From the IMG/VR virus record IMGVR_UViG_2548876926_000005: a DNA stretch of 64,000 nucleotides. The stretch is one strand, 5' to 3'. Shown in pieces: positions 63,806 to 64,000 of the stretch (positions are counted from its first letter, which is position 1; every line of letters begins with the position of its first letter). The translations under genes and the position numbers were made by a program. This DNA is from a virus. Under the pieces are notes generated by a model, which searched no databases, was not told where the DNA came from, and saw only the letters and a program-made list of their open reading frames with translations.

Positions 63806-64000
63806 ATGGCCGTGAAGTACACCGTCAGCTCGGCGACGATCCGCAAAATGATGACCTCAGCCGGGGTGAAAGCCGAAGTGCACGAGCGGGGATTGCGGCT
63901 GGCGGCGAACGCTAACGAGGTACCCTCAACCACCTCTCCGGCGCATGACGGCCTGTACTACGAAGCGGTTGAAGCATCCGATGACAAACGCGCCCGTACC
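63806..64000 (+). CDS. Neck/tail completion protein (3' truncated)
   Basis: ATG after stopper; open to the window end. Confidence 0.7.
   Translation, partial: MAVKYTVSSATIRKMMTSAGVKAEVHERGLRLAANANEVPSTTSPAHDGLYYEAVEASDDKRART

Larger units (their letters stand above)
46568..64000 (+). mobile_element. Prophage 2, right end outside window
   Basis: Repressor/Cro switch, early genes, second distinct terminase-portal-capsid module. Confidence 0.93.

Noticed and set aside
1..64000. A single phage with two head modules
   Set aside because: An att core, a separate repressor/Cro switch, a second replication gene and unrelated portal/capsid types indicate two prophages

Overview
High-GC actinobacterial DNA made up entirely of two different temperate siphoviral prophages in tandem. 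The host is most likely Mycobacterium/Mycobacteroides abscessus group (inferred from gene content). Prophage 1 (1-46603, left end missing) carries early/replication genes (two DNA methyltransferases, DUF5131, NrdH, RuvC-like, WhiB, J-domain protein), a complete head-tail module, lysin A/B and holin, and a leftward WXG100/polymorphic nuclease toxin/immunity cassette at its right end. A 36-bp tRNA 3'-half att core (46568-46603) joins it to prophage 2 and lies inside the 3' end of prophage 2's repressor, as in integration-dependent immunity. Prophage 2 (46568->64000) carries repressor/Cro, a beta sliding clamp, an iteron-containing replication initiator, accessory genes, HNH, terminase, portal and head genes. 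No integrase is in the window. The most unusual signals are: (i) a tRNA-shaped RNA with a pseudo-symmetric 34-nt expansion in place of the anticodon loop (54990-55097); (ii) a stand-alone, catalytically dead terminase-ATPase fragment beside it (54313-54693); (iii) a hybrid att junction that gives the repressor a foreign C-terminus; (iv) a circularly permuted lysin B; (v) tail chaperones encoded by duplication rather than a frameshift; (vi) a mini-protein copying a tail-hub motif. All homology calls are by eye; no searches were run.
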